Shown here: piece after piece, positions 35,984-45,457 of the stretch
Position numbering within the stretch: the stretch's first letter is position 1
How the letters are laid out: each line of letters opens with the position of its first letter
NCBI GenBank assembly: GCA_910586035.1
Contig: CAJUHT010000005.1
Span: 18,818 to 82,817 of the forward strand
DNA from: an uncultured Christensenella sp.
GTDB lineage: Bacteria > Bacillota > Clostridia > Christensenellales > Borkfalkiaceae
Reading direction: 5' to 3'
Length of the DNA stretch: 64,000 nucleotides
Program-made: the position numbers and the translations under genes
Notes under the pieces: model-generated
What the model saw: only the letters and a program-made list of their open reading frames with translations
The model's database searches: none
What the model was told of the DNA's origin: nothing

Positions 35984-37409
35984 GAGATTTAAGGTTTACT
36001 TGCTTTTATTGCTTTCGGCGGCGTGTATAGCGTGTACCCTTGTCGGCTGTAAAATAGGCAGGGCGGGGCGCGAGGAGGTGCTTGCGGGATATAAGGCGCA
36101 CGTTACCTACTATTCCAACGGCGGCTTCTTCGACGACTCCACCACGATTACCGTAAGGGACCTGTACTTTAAAAACGACCCTTCGTCCGCGGGTTACCAC
36201 CCCGACGGAGTGCCCTTCTTCGATATATCGAGCAAGAGTACGGGAATGAACGTAAAACGCAGCGGTTACGACCTTATCGGCTGGTACCTCCCCCAGAGGT
36301 ACCCCGAGGGGCACGAGCGCGCAGGCGAAATAATGTACACCTATTCCTATAAGGAAAACGAAAGCGACGAGGAATATAAAACCGTTCCCGTTTATCCCCT
36401 TTTAGACGAGAGGGGCGAAAACGTAACGGATATAGAAGCCGACCGCCCCGTGTTCTATATGGATGGCTCGGAAGAGCAGATTTTGGAAAAACAGATTACC
36501 GTAGTCGCTTCCGAAACCAAGCTGGACAGCAGCCGCAGAGTGGGCGACGACGAGGAGCTGATTGTCTGCGCGCAGTGGGGTCCCACTCTTAAAATAGAGT
36601 ACAGGCTGGTTTGCGAGGACGGCAAAACGTATACCGACGCGGACGGCAAGGCGTATAAAAACGGCGATTTGCTGAGAGAGGTGGACTTCGGCGAGGGCGA
36701 GCAGGCTTCGGTCAGCAGTCTGCAACCCGTAGAGCTTGGCGGCACCACGTTCGTCAGGACTTATTCCGACGCAGAGCTCAAAACCCCCGCGGCGATTATA
36801 AACCGCCCCGAAGGCACTAAACCCGCCAACCCCGTAGTTTACTCCAAGTATATCGAGGGCGAGTGGAATATTGTTACAAACGACCCCAATCAGGTTGAAA
36901 ATATGTTCAACAGGCTGGGCGGAAGCGAAAAGTATTATATTATTGACGACGTGGACTGCTCTTCCGTAAAAGGTATGAGAATGAAATCGGCGTCGCAGAC
37001 GATATCAAACGTAACAATCGAGGGCAACGGACACACCATTTCCAACCTCAATTTTACGGCTACGGGCGCGCAACAGGGCGTTACGTATTGCATCTTCGGC
37101 ACGTTCGGCGCTAAATTTGTTTTAAACGATTTAAAGCTGAGCAACATTTCCGTAGATATCACGGCTAAGACGAACATTACGTTCTTTGCTATTAGCGGCA
37201 ACGCGATAAGCGGCGCTAAAATCAGCGGATTGGGAATAGAAAACGTTACCGCAAAGGTTAAAATGCCCAAGGGCACGTTTGTAACCAACGCTCCCGACGA
37301 GGTGCGCAGCAATTGGCTTTTCGGCGGCAAGGGCAGCGACGCGGCTTTCCTTGCGGAATACACGGGCATTACGGTTTCTGGCGATAATACCCTGACAGTA
37401 GAAAATTAA
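35976..37409 (+). CDS. Lipoprotein of unknown function (Listeria-Bacteroides-repeat-like + GLUG-associated N-G-H-T-I-x-N-L module)
   Basis: 477 aa. The ATG lies 8 nt inside the protease gene. Lipobox TLVG|C. GYDLIGWYL strand. C-terminal VTIEGNGHTISNLNF resembles the FDGNNKTIRNF motif of the 23886 protein. Confidence 0.65.
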   Translation: MTKRFKVYLLLLLSAACIACTLVGCKIGRAGREEVLAGYKAHVTYYSNGGFFDDSTTITVRDLYFKNDPSSAGYHPDGVPFFDISSKSTGMNVKRSGYDLIGWYLPQRYPEGHERAGEIMYTYSYKENESDEEYKTVPVYPLLDERGENVTDIEADRPVFYMDGSEEQILEKQITVVASETKLDSSRRVGDDEELIVCAQWGPTLKIEYRLVCEDGKTYTDADGKAYKNGDLLREVDFGEGEQASVSSLQPVELGGTTFVRTYSDAELKTPAAIINRPEGTKPANPVVYSKYIEGEWNIVTNDPNQVENMFNRLGGSEKYYIIDDVDCSSVKGMRMKSASQTISNVTIEGNGHTISNLNFTATGAQQGVTYCIFGTFGAKFVLNDLKLSNISVDITAKTNITFFAISGNAISGAKISGLGIENVTAKVKMPKGTFVTNAPDEVRSNWLFGGKGSDAAFLAEYTGITVSGDNTLTVEN

Positions 37410-37435
37410 CGACGGACCATTCAAGGAGGTTTATT

Positions 37436-40120
37436 GTGAAAAAAATATTTAAAGGACTTTTGTGCGCGGGACTTTGCGGCGTGCTTGCGCTGGGCGCGGC
37501 GGGCTGTACTAAAAAAACGGGTCCCTCCGAACACCGCAACACGGAAACCGACGCTTTAAGGCTTGCGATAGGCGCGTGCGACGAAAAATTCAATCCGCTG
37601 TTCTATACTTCGCAAAACGACGGCGAAATTGCCAATATGACGCAGGCTTCGCTTATTACCGCAGATAAAAACGGCGACCTTGCCGTGGGCGACAACTATC
37701 CCGTTGCCACTCTCGACTATAAGGAAACCTATTACAGCGCCAGCGGCGCCGTTCTCGGTACGGGCGACGGAAAAACCGTTTCCGGCACCAGCGACAAAAA
37801 CGGCTCTACCACTTACGAATTCCTCATTAAAAACGGAATGAAGTTCAGCGACGGCAAGCCGCTTACGGTTATGGACGTACTCTTCAATCTTTACGTCTAT
37901 CTCGACCCTATGTACAGCGGTTCGAGCACCATTTACTCTACAAAAATCAAGGGTTTGCAGGCGTACAGGCGTCAGGATATAACCGCCGGCGACAACAGCA
38001 CTTCGTCCACTACCAAGTATTACGCAAAGGCTATGGAGCGTGTAAACGCGCTCATTTATTGGTCGGAGCACACCGCAGGCAACACTCTTACCGATTCGCA
38101 GAAGGCTGACCTGGAAAAGGTTAAGGAGCTTTACAGGGAAGAGCTCAATTCCGACTGGGCGTCGATTGAAACGGGCTGGAAAGAGAGCTACAAAAAGTAC
38201 AAATTTACCGAAGCCTGGCAGGTATTCTACTATATCGAAGGTTTGGTAAAGAATCAGACCGTCCAGAACGAGTACGGCAGTTGGGAAAACGTTATGGAGG
38301 GCGAGGGCGAGGACGCTAAGTATCTCACCACGCTCGACCCCAACCACCTTACGGGTGATATAGAGGACCAGGACCTCATCAACGATATGGCTACGGCCAC
38401 CACCGAGGATAAGGTAAACGCCTATATGAGCGAGAACGAAGGCGTTTCGAGGGAGAACGCCGTGCTTGCCCTTCAAAAGGCGCACGCCATAGAGCATATG
38501 TATAACAGCAATACGGCGGACACGAGAATTTCGTTTGTGCTTAACTATTGCAATACGGCGAGCACCGCGCTCGAATACTTTATGAGGGACGAGCAGGGCA
38601 AGGAGTTCGAAGGTCAGGATATGAAGGTGCCTACCGTTTCAGGTATAACCGTTTCCCGCACTTCCGACGAAGCGTACGGCGGCAAGTTCAACGGAAAGAC
38701 CTATGCCGACGACCACGACGTGCTCAGAATAGAGATTAACGGAATCGACCCCAAAGCAAAATGGAACTTCGGTTTTACGGTAGCTCCTATGCACTACTAT
38801 TCCAGCAAAGAGCTTTCCGATAAGGCAATGAAGGCTTATAACGACGGCACGGTTTATACCACTACCGAAAACGGCGTTGTCAAGGAAGCCACCTGCACCG
38901 ACTTCGGCGTAAAGTTCAACAATATCGACTTTTTCGACAAGGAACTTGCAAGCAGCGCCAAAAACGGTCTTCCCGTAGGCGCGGGCGCTTACAAGTGCTG
39001 CACGTATAAATACAATTCAACTAACCTAAGCGCAAAAACGTTCTTCTATAATTATATGGCGTTCTTCGAGAGAAACGAATATTTCGAAACGATGGGCGAG
39101 GGTATAGAGAACGCTAAAATCAAGTACGTTACCTACAAAGTAACGCAGGACGACAAGATTGTAGAAGCGTTGAAGACCAACGAAATCGACTACGGCGAGC
39201 CTACGGCTACATCCGATAACGAGCGCGAGCTGAACACGGGCAACCTTAAACAGGTGCGCTATCTTGCGGGCGGCTACGGCTACGTTGGCATCAACCCCAA
39301 GTACGTTCCCGATATGGAAGTGAGAAGGGCTATAATGAAGGCGTTCGATACGTCGTCTATCATAGAATACTACGGCGAAAGCCTTGTAAATATGATAAAC
39401 AGACCTATGTCTACAACTTCGTGGGCTTCTCCCGATAAGCTCGGCACGGCTACTTCGAGATACTACGCTCCCGAAACCGACGTAAAGAAGTTAAGGGAAG
39501 AAATCGAGAAAGAAGGCAACTGGACATATAACGAAAGCGACAAAAAACTGCATAACATTAACGGCGACAAACTTTCGCTTACGTTTACCATTGCTGGCGA
39601 AACAATCGACCACCCTTCGTACAATATGTTCGTAGACGCGCAGAGGTTCTTAAACGAAGTAGGTTTTGACATAACCGTTCAAACCGACCTCAAAGCCCTG
39701 CAAAAGCTTGCAACGGGCAACCTCGCGGTATGGGCGGCGGCTTGGTCTTCGAGTATCGACCCCGACCCCTATCAGATTTACAGTCTCGAATCCAACGCTT
39801 CCAGCACCAAAAACTGGAATAAGGACGGAATAATCAGGGAGAGCACTGGCAGATTTAAAAAGGAATACGAGATTGCGCTTAAAATTAACGAGTATATAAC
39901 GCAAGGCAGACAGACTCTCAATCAGGCTGACCGTATCGAAATATACGGCAAGTGCCTCGATGAAATAATGGAGCTTGCGGTAGAATTCCCCACGTATCAG
40001 CGCTATAACCTGTGCGTATACAACTCCGCCGCTCTCGAAGCGGGCAGTATGCACATCTCCGACGCGTCCTACAATATGGGACCTCTCGGCGAATTGTGGA
40101 AGGTTACGTTTAAAGATTAA
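37436..40120 (+). CDS. ABC transporter substrate-binding lipoprotein, family 5 (peptide/nickel/oligosaccharide type), oversized
   Basis: GTG start after SD AAGGAGG. 894 aa. Lipobox GAAG|C. Family-5 N-lobe block FLIKNGMKFSDGKPLTVMDVLFNLYVYLDP. C-lobe block LAVWAAAWSSSIDPDPYQIYS. Confidence 0.85.
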   Translation: MKKIFKGLLCAGLCGVLALGAAGCTKKTGPSEHRNTETDALRLAIGACDEKFNPLFYTSQNDGEIANMTQASLITADKNGDLAVGDNYPVATLDYKETYYSASGAVLGTGDGKTVSGTSDKNGSTTYEFLIKNGMKFSDGKPLTVMDVLFNLYVYLDPMYSGSSTIYSTKIKGLQAYRRQDITAGDNSTSSTTKYYAKAMERVNALIYWSEHTAGNTLTDSQKADLEKVKELYREELNSDWASIETGWKESYKKYKFTEAWQVFYYIEGLVKNQTVQNEYGSWENVMEGEGEDAKYLTTLDPNHLTGDIEDQDLINDMATATTEDKVNAYMSENEGVSRENAVLALQKAHAIEHMYNSNTADTRISFVLNYCNTASTALEYFMRDEQGKEFEGQDMKVPTVSGITVSRTSDEAYGGKFNGKTYADDHDVLRIEINGIDPKAKWNFGFTVAPMHYYSSKELSDKAMKAYNDGTVYTTTENGVVKEATCTDFGVKFNNIDFFDKELASSAKNGLPVGAGAYKCCTYKYNSTNLSAKTFFYNYMAFFERNEYFETMGEGIENAKIKYVTYKVTQDDKIVEALKTNEIDYGEPTATSDNERELNTGNLKQVRYLAGGYGYVGINPKYVPDMEVRRAIMKAFDTSSIIEYYGESLVNMINRPMSTTSWASPDKLGTATSRYYAPETDVKKLREEIEKEGNWTYNESDKKLHNINGDKLSLTFTIAGETIDHPSYNMFVDAQRFLNEVGFDITVQTDLKALQKLATGNLAVWAAAWSSSIDPDPYQIYSLESNASSTKNWNKDGIIRESTGRFKKEYEIALKINEYITQGRQTLNQADRIEIYGKCLDEIMELAVEFPTYQRYNLCVYNSAALEAGSMHISDASYNMGPLGELWKVTFKD

Positions 40121-40139
40121 AACTCTTCGGAGAATCTAA

Positions 40140-41129
40140 ATGGTTAAATATATAATCAAAAGAGTGCTTCTTGCAATATTGATATTGTTCGGGGTATCCA
40201 TAATTCTATACGTCTTGATAAGGTGTATGCCCAGCAACTACATCGCCGACCAGTATTTACTTACCAGGTCGGCGGCGGGCGTGCCCCTCGAACAAATCGA
40301 GCAGGAATTGCACGACATACTTGCGGGCTACGGTCTGGAAGACGATTCTTTCCTTGGAATTCTGCGCGGCTACTTTATGTGGCTCGGCAAGTTCGTAAAG
40401 GGGGATATGGGCATTTCTTTCAAGTATCAAAACGCGCCCGTGCAGGACGTTATAGCGCAGTATATGTGGCTTTCGTTCGGCATATCGTTCGTTGCGCTCA
40501 TACTCGAAATGCTCATTGCCATACCTCTCGGAATCAAGTGCGCGGTAAACCAATACGGCAAGCTCGACTACATTGCCACCGTGCTCTGTATGGTGGGCAT
40601 AGCGTTCCCGTCATTCTTCCTCGGCAATCTGTTCATTAAGTGGTTCGCCGTAGACTTGGGGTGGTTCGAAACGGGCGGCTTGACAAGTGGCGTGGGCGGC
40701 TTTGCCGATACGCTGTGGCACCTTGTTCTGCCTATGTCGGTTATGGTAATTTTAAGTATCGGCGGACTTATGCGCTACACGCGTACCAACACGCTCGAAG
40801 TGCTTAACGCCGATTACATAAGAACGGCGCGCGCAAAGGGTCTTTCGGAGAGAAAGGTTATTTACAAACACGTGTTCCGCAACACTATGATACCCCTTGT
40901 AACCCAGCTTTCGTTTACTCTGCCCACTCTTTTCGGCGGCGCAATGATAACCGAACAGGTATTCGGGCTTCCGGGAATAGGTCAGATAGCGTACAACGGT
41001 CTGCTTGCGGGCGACGTGTTCCTTGCAATGGGCTACAATATGTTCCTTGCCGTCTTGACGGTAATAGGCGTGTTGCTTGCCGACATAATGTACGCTGTCG
41101 TCGACCCCAGAATTAAGCTCGGCGCTTAA
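40140..41129 (+). CDS. ABC transporter permease, OppB/DppB type
   Basis: 329 aa. SD GGAGA. Six TM helices. Conserved loop YIRTARAKGLSERKVIYKHVFRNTMIPLVTQL (EAA-type motif of OppB/DppB permeases). Confidence 0.9.
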   Translation: MVKYIIKRVLLAILILFGVSIILYVLIRCMPSNYIADQYLLTRSAAGVPLEQIEQELHDILAGYGLEDDSFLGILRGYFMWLGKFVKGDMGISFKYQNAPVQDVIAQYMWLSFGISFVALILEMLIAIPLGIKCAVNQYGKLDYIATVLCMVGIAFPSFFLGNLFIKWFAVDLGWFETGGLTSGVGGFADTLWHLVLPMSVMVILSIGGLMRYTRTNTLEVLNADYIRTARAKGLSERKVIYKHVFRNTMIPLVTQLSFTLPTLFGGAMITEQVFGLPGIGQIAYNGLLAGDVFLAMGYNMFLAVLTVIGVLLADIMYAVVDPRIKLGA

Positions 41130-41173
41130 ACAGTTATACAACGTTTTATGACAAGGAGGTTACAGTCATAAAA

Positions 41174-42316
41174 ATGGAAGAGAATAAGAAAAAACCCGCA
41201 GAGGAAGTAAAAGCCGAAAATGCGGAAAACGTTCTTGCCGAAGGCACGCTTGCGCCCGAAACAACGGTTGCGGAAGCGGAAACGGCAAACGGCGACGCTC
41301 TGCACGGCGAAAACCTTACCGAAAGGGCAAAGGTTCTTTCCCCCGGAATGACCGTATTAAAAAGGTTTTTCCGCTCTAAACTTTCGGTTATAGGGCTTGT
41401 TACAATCGTTCTTTTATTCCTGTTCGCCTTTTTAGGACCCGTTTTCTCGCCCTGGGCGGCAAACGGCGGTACCGCGCTGGATACCAATCCCGAACTTATA
41501 AAGGAAATTTTGTCGGCTTCGCCCGTTACATACAAGGTTGGCGATATCGAGTACGAGGCGCTTGCCGTTTCCGTGCGTATGCCGCAGGTGGTCAAGCTGG
41601 GCGATATAAGTTTATCGCACTGGCTCGGTACCGACAATATGGGCTACGACGTGCTCACCCGCCTTATGTACGGCGGCAGGGTGTCGCTTACCATAGGCTT
41701 CGTCGTCGTTATCATTGAAACTATTATCGGCGTAATTATGGGCGGCATAGCAGGCTATTTCGGCAAGTGGGTAGACAACGTTATAATGCGAATAGTAGAT
41801 ATTCTCAGCTGTATACCTTCGCTTCCCATAATGCTTATACTCTCGGTTATATTCACCAACAGCGGAATAGGCGCCGACATCTCCAAGCTTTATTATATGA
41901 TGATTGTTCTGTGCCTTATTGGCTGGACGGGCACGGCAAGGCTTGTGCGCGGGCAGATACTTTCCCTGCGCGAACAGGAGTTTATGCTTGCCGCCAAGGC
42001 TTCGGGGCTTTCAACCGTATCCAAGATATTCAAGCATCTTATGCCCAACGTAATTCCACAGCTTATAGTTTCTATGACGTTGGGGCTGGGCAGCATTATC
42101 CTTACGGAAGCAACGCTCGGTTTCTTAGGCATAGGCGCGCCGCTCGGCACGGCTACCTGGGGCAACATAATCAACCTTGCCAACAACAGCTCTTACAGGC
42201 AGTACTATCCCAACCTTTGGGTTGGCGCGGGCGTGTGCATTACGCTTGCAATTTTGGCGTTTAACTTTGTAGGGGACGGATTGCGCGACGCATTCGACCC
42301 TAAGATGAAGAGGTAA
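41174..42316 (+). CDS. ABC transporter permease, OppC/DppC type, with ~55-aa acidic N-terminal extension
   Basis: 380 aa. Conserved loop FMLAAKASGLSTVSKIFKHLMPNVIPQLIV. N-terminal MEENKKKPAEEVKAENAENVLAEGTLAPETTVAEAETANGD precedes TM1. The SD AAGGAGG is 14 nt upstream, so the start is slightly uncertain. Confidence 0.88.
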   Translation: MEENKKKPAEEVKAENAENVLAEGTLAPETTVAEAETANGDALHGENLTERAKVLSPGMTVLKRFFRSKLSVIGLVTIVLLFLFAFLGPVFSPWAANGGTALDTNPELIKEILSASPVTYKVGDIEYEALAVSVRMPQVVKLGDISLSHWLGTDNMGYDVLTRLMYGGRVSLTIGFVVVIIETIIGVIMGGIAGYFGKWVDNVIMRIVDILSCIPSLPIMLILSVIFTNSGIGADISKLYYMMIVLCLIGWTGTARLVRGQILSLREQEFMLAAKASGLSTVSKIFKHLMPNVIPQLIVSMTLGLGSIILTEATLGFLGIGAPLGTATWGNIINLANNSSYRQYYPNLWVGAGVCITLAILAFNFVGDGLRDAFDPKMKR

Positions 42317-42318
42317 CT

Positions 42319-43620
42319 ATGGCGGACAATAAGGATAAAAAGCATTATATATCCCGCGCGGAATCCCGCCAGATAGCAAGGGAAAACTCCAAGGCTATAC
42401 GCCGCTTCGAAAAACAGAAGAAGCGCAGGGCAAAGCCCGACGATTACACCACGCAAATGAAGGACGACAACAACATAATAGAGTTTGACGACCTTCACAC
42501 CTATTTCTTTTCGGACGCAGGCACGGTAAAGGCGGTAAACGGCGTTTCTTTCTCCATTCCCGCAGGCTCAACCGTGGGCGTGGTAGGCGAATCGGGTTGC
42601 GGCAAAAGCGTTACGTCGCTCTCTTTAATGCAGCTTGTGCAGGCGCCCAGCGGGCAAATAGTAAGCGGCTCCATAAGGTTTAAGGCAAGCCTTTTCAAAC
42701 GCGACGAACGGGGCAGAAAAATTCCCGTTTACGAAACGGAAATCGGAGCGGACGGCGTAGAGAGGGTAAAACTCAACGCCAAGGGCAAAAAAATCATTAA
42801 AAAGAACTCGCTCGGCGGCAATTTGTACGAGATGGAGGACAGGGTTGTAGACATCGCCAAGATGCCTACGGAAGCAATGCGCTCCATACGCGGCAGAGAA
42901 ATTTCTATGATTTTTCAGGAGCCTATGACCTCCTTGAACCCCGTGTTTACGATAGGCAACCAGCTCGACGAAGTGGGGCTGTTGCACATAGAGGGTATTT
43001 CCAAAAAGCAGGTAAAGGCGCACAGCATAGATATGCTTAAATTGGTAGGCATAGCCGACCCCGAGGGCGTATATAAAAAGTACCCGCACGAGCTTTCGGG
43101 CGGTATGCGCCAGAGGGTTATGATAGCCATTGCGTTGCTTTGCAACCCCAAGCTGATTATTGCGGACGAGCCTACAACCGCGCTCGACGTTACCATACAG
43201 GCGCAGATACTCGATTTACTCAGGGAAATCAAGCACAAAATAAACGGCTCTATTATGCTTATTACGCACGACTTGGGCGTGGTTGCCGAAATGGCTGACT
43301 ACGTTGTAGTTATGTACGCGGGCAGAGTTATAGAGATGGGCACGGCGGAGGACATATTCGACAATCCTCTGCACCCCTATACGATAGGTCTGCAAAAGAG
43401 CAAGCCCACGGTTGACGGCGAGGTGGACAAGCTATACTGCATACCAGGGTTTGTTCCCAACCCCATAAATATGCCCAATTACTGCTATTTCCGCGACAGA
43501 TGCGAAATGTGCAAGGAAAAATGCGCGGGAGAATATCCCGATTACGTGCAGGTATCGCCCACGCACAAGGTGGCGTGCTATCTGTACGGAGAGAAGAAGG
43601 AGGTCGGCGATGGAGAATAA
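42319..43620 (+). CDS. ABC transporter ATP-binding protein, OppD/DppD type, with N-terminal basic extension and ~50-aa insertion
   Basis: 433 aa. Walker A GESGCGKS, Q-loop MIFQEPMTSLNP, signature LSGGMRQR, Walker B LIIADEPTTALD, H-loop ITHDLG. C-terminal oligopeptide-transporter domain HPYTIGL...CYFRDRCEMC. Confidence 0.9.
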   Translation: MADNKDKKHYISRAESRQIARENSKAIRRFEKQKKRRAKPDDYTTQMKDDNNIIEFDDLHTYFFSDAGTVKAVNGVSFSIPAGSTVGVVGESGCGKSVTSLSLMQLVQAPSGQIVSGSIRFKASLFKRDERGRKIPVYETEIGADGVERVKLNAKGKKIIKKNSLGGNLYEMEDRVVDIAKMPTEAMRSIRGREISMIFQEPMTSLNPVFTIGNQLDEVGLLHIEGISKKQVKAHSIDMLKLVGIADPEGVYKKYPHELSGGMRQRVMIAIALLCNPKLIIADEPTTALDVTIQAQILDLLREIKHKINGSIMLITHDLGVVAEMADYVVVMYAGRVIEMGTAEDIFDNPLHPYTIGLQKSKPTVDGEVDKLYCIPGFVPNPINMPNYCYFRDRCEMCKEKCAGEYPDYVQVSPTHKVACYLYGEKKEVGDGE

Positions 43621-45457
43621 CGTAAACGGCGTAACCGAACAGCCCGAAGACGAAGCCGTCGGTTCGGACGTCCTTCTCGAAGTCAAAAACCTTAAAAAAT
43701 ACTTCCCCGTAGAAAAAAACTTCTTCGGCAAACCCGTAAAGTTTTTAAAGGCGGTAGACGGAATTTCTTTTACCTTGCGCAAGGGTAAAACGCTCGGTAT
43801 AGTCGGTGAAAGCGGTTGCGGCAAGTCGACTATGGGTCGCTCGCTTCTCCGCCTTTACGACGGCGTCGAGGGCGAAATTCTGTTTAACGGGCAGGACGTG
43901 GCAAAGCTTAAAAACCGTGAGTTCGACAAGCTCCGCCCCAACCTGCAAATGATATTTCAGGACCCTTACGCCAGCCTTTCGCCCCGCCTTACCGTGGGTG
44001 AAATAATAGGCGAGTCCGCGCGTCAGCACGGGCTTGTAAACAGGGCGGGCTTTCACGAATACGTTTTAAACGTTATGAAGATGTGCGGGTTGCAACCCCA
44101 CTACTTCGAGCGTTACCCCCACGAATTTTCGGGCGGTCAGCGCCAGCGTATTTGTATAGCGCGCGCGCTTGCGCTCAAACCCAGCCTTGTAGTATGCGAC
44201 GAACCCGTGTCCGCTCTGGACGTGTCCATTCAGGCGCAGGTTATCAATATGCTTATAGAGCTCAGGGAAAAGCTGGGGCTTACTTATATATTCATTTCCC
44301 ACGACTTATCCGTGGTAAAGCACATATCCGACGACGTCGGCGTTATGTACTTAGGCAATATAGTGGAGTACGGCAGTAAGGACAGGGTGTTCAACAATAC
44401 GTTGCACCCCTACACCAAGGCGCTGTTCTCCGCCGTGCCCGTGCCCAATCCGCACGTAAAAATGAAGAGGATAATGCTTAAAGGCGATATACCTTCGCCC
44501 GTAAATCCTCCCAAAGGTTGCAAGTTCCACACCCGTTGCGAGCACTGCTCGGAAATTTGTTCGCGCATTGCGCCCGAATACAGGGAGGTGGAGGAAGGGC
44601 ACTTCTGCGCCTGCCACCTCTACAATAGCGAGGAGGACACCCAAAGGCTGCTCGCTCAGGCGGAAATTAACGAGCAGGAGGAAAAGGCGCGCGCCGAAAA
44701 GGAGGCTAAACTGCCTTGGAACATAGTCAAGGTAAAGCTTACAGCCGCAAAGGATAAAACTTTCAATTGGTTTAAAAATCTCTTCAAGGGCAAAAATAAG
44801 AGCGGGGAGAAGGTTTCCTCCGTTCAGGCGGAAACGCAGGAAAAGGTTGAAACAGCGCCCGCCGTTGAAGAAAAAATTGCGGAAGAGGCAGTTACCGTAC
44901 AGGAAGTCGTTGCGGAAGAAAAGAAGGAAAAGCAAGTAAAACCGACGGAAAAGGTTGTTAAAGTTGAGGAAAAACCCGCCCACGTTGAGGAAACTGTAAT
45001 AGATACTCCCGTGCAGGAAGCGGAAAATGTGTCCGTAGAGGAAACGCCCGTCGAGGAAATCAAGACGGAAACGCCCGCGTCCGAAACGGCGCCCGCAGAG
45101 GTTGAGCAAGCCCCCGCGGAAGAAGTAAAGGCGGAAGAAAAACCCGCGCCCGCCGAAGAGGAACAAAAGGCGGCGCAAGCCCCCGAAAAGAAAAAGAGCT
45201 CCGCAAGCGGCGGGGCGAAAAAGACGGCTTCTACAACGGGCGGTCAAACGAAAAAGGCGGCGACGGGCAACGCAACCAAGAAGACTGCTTCAACTGCAAA
45301 TAGCAATGCAAAGAAGACTTCGTCTACAAGCGGTAGTACGACAAAGAAAGCCGCCTCAACTGCAAGTAGTTCAGTAAAAAAGACTTCCGCGGCTTCGGGC
45401 AGCGGCGCAAAGAAAAAAACGCAGACGGTAAAGAAGGATAATGTCGAAAAAGAATAA
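43610..45457 (+). CDS. ABC transporter ATP-binding protein, OppF/DppF type, with ~275-aa low-complexity C-terminal extension
   Basis: 615 aa. SD AAGGAGG. Overlaps the upstream gene by 11 nt. Walker A GESGCGKST, signature FSGGQRQRICIARAL, Walker B LVVCDEPVSALD, HPYTKALFSAVP, GCKFHTRCEHC. After aa ~340 come an E/K/V/A/P-rich segment and then KKT(A/S)S-type 11-aa repeats. Confidence 0.9.
   Translation: MENNVNGVTEQPEDEAVGSDVLLEVKNLKKYFPVEKNFFGKPVKFLKAVDGISFTLRKGKTLGIVGESGCGKSTMGRSLLRLYDGVEGEILFNGQDVAKLKNREFDKLRPNLQMIFQDPYASLSPRLTVGEIIGESARQHGLVNRAGFHEYVLNVMKMCGLQPHYFERYPHEFSGGQRQRICIARALALKPSLVVCDEPVSALDVSIQAQVINMLIELREKLGLTYIFISHDLSVVKHISDDVGVMYLGNIVEYGSKDRVFNNTLHPYTKALFSAVPVPNPHVKMKRIMLKGDIPSPVNPPKGCKFHTRCEHCSEICSRIAPEYREVEEGHFCACHLYNSEEDTQRLLAQAEINEQEEKARAEKEAKLPWNIVKVKLTAAKDKTFNWFKNLFKGKNKSGEKVSSVQAETQEKVETAPAVEEKIAEEAVTVQEVVAEEKKEKQVKPTEKVVKVEEKPAHVEETVIDTPVQEAENVSVEETPVEEIKTETPASETAPAEVEQAPAEEVKAEEKPAPAEEEQKAAQAPEKKKSSASGGAKKTASTTGGQTKKAATGNATKKTASTANSNAKKTSSTSGSTTKKAASTASSSVKKTSAASGSGAKKKTQTVKKDNVEKE
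45188..45409 (+). repeat. Seven tandem ~11-codon repeats encoding KK(T/A)(A/S)S-x6 in the OppF-like tail
   Basis: KKKSSASGGA / KKTASTTGGQT / KKAATGNAT / KKTASTANSNA / KKTSSTSGSTT / KKAASTASSSV / KKTSAASGSGA, read from the translation of 43610..45457. Confidence 0.85.

Noticed and set aside
19543-37409. I considered calling the giant surface-protein run a horizontally acquired genomic island or mobile element.
   Set aside because: No integrase, transposase, tRNA attachment site or flanking direct repeats are visible. Promoter and SD style and coding composition look the same as in the surrounding housekeeping genes.
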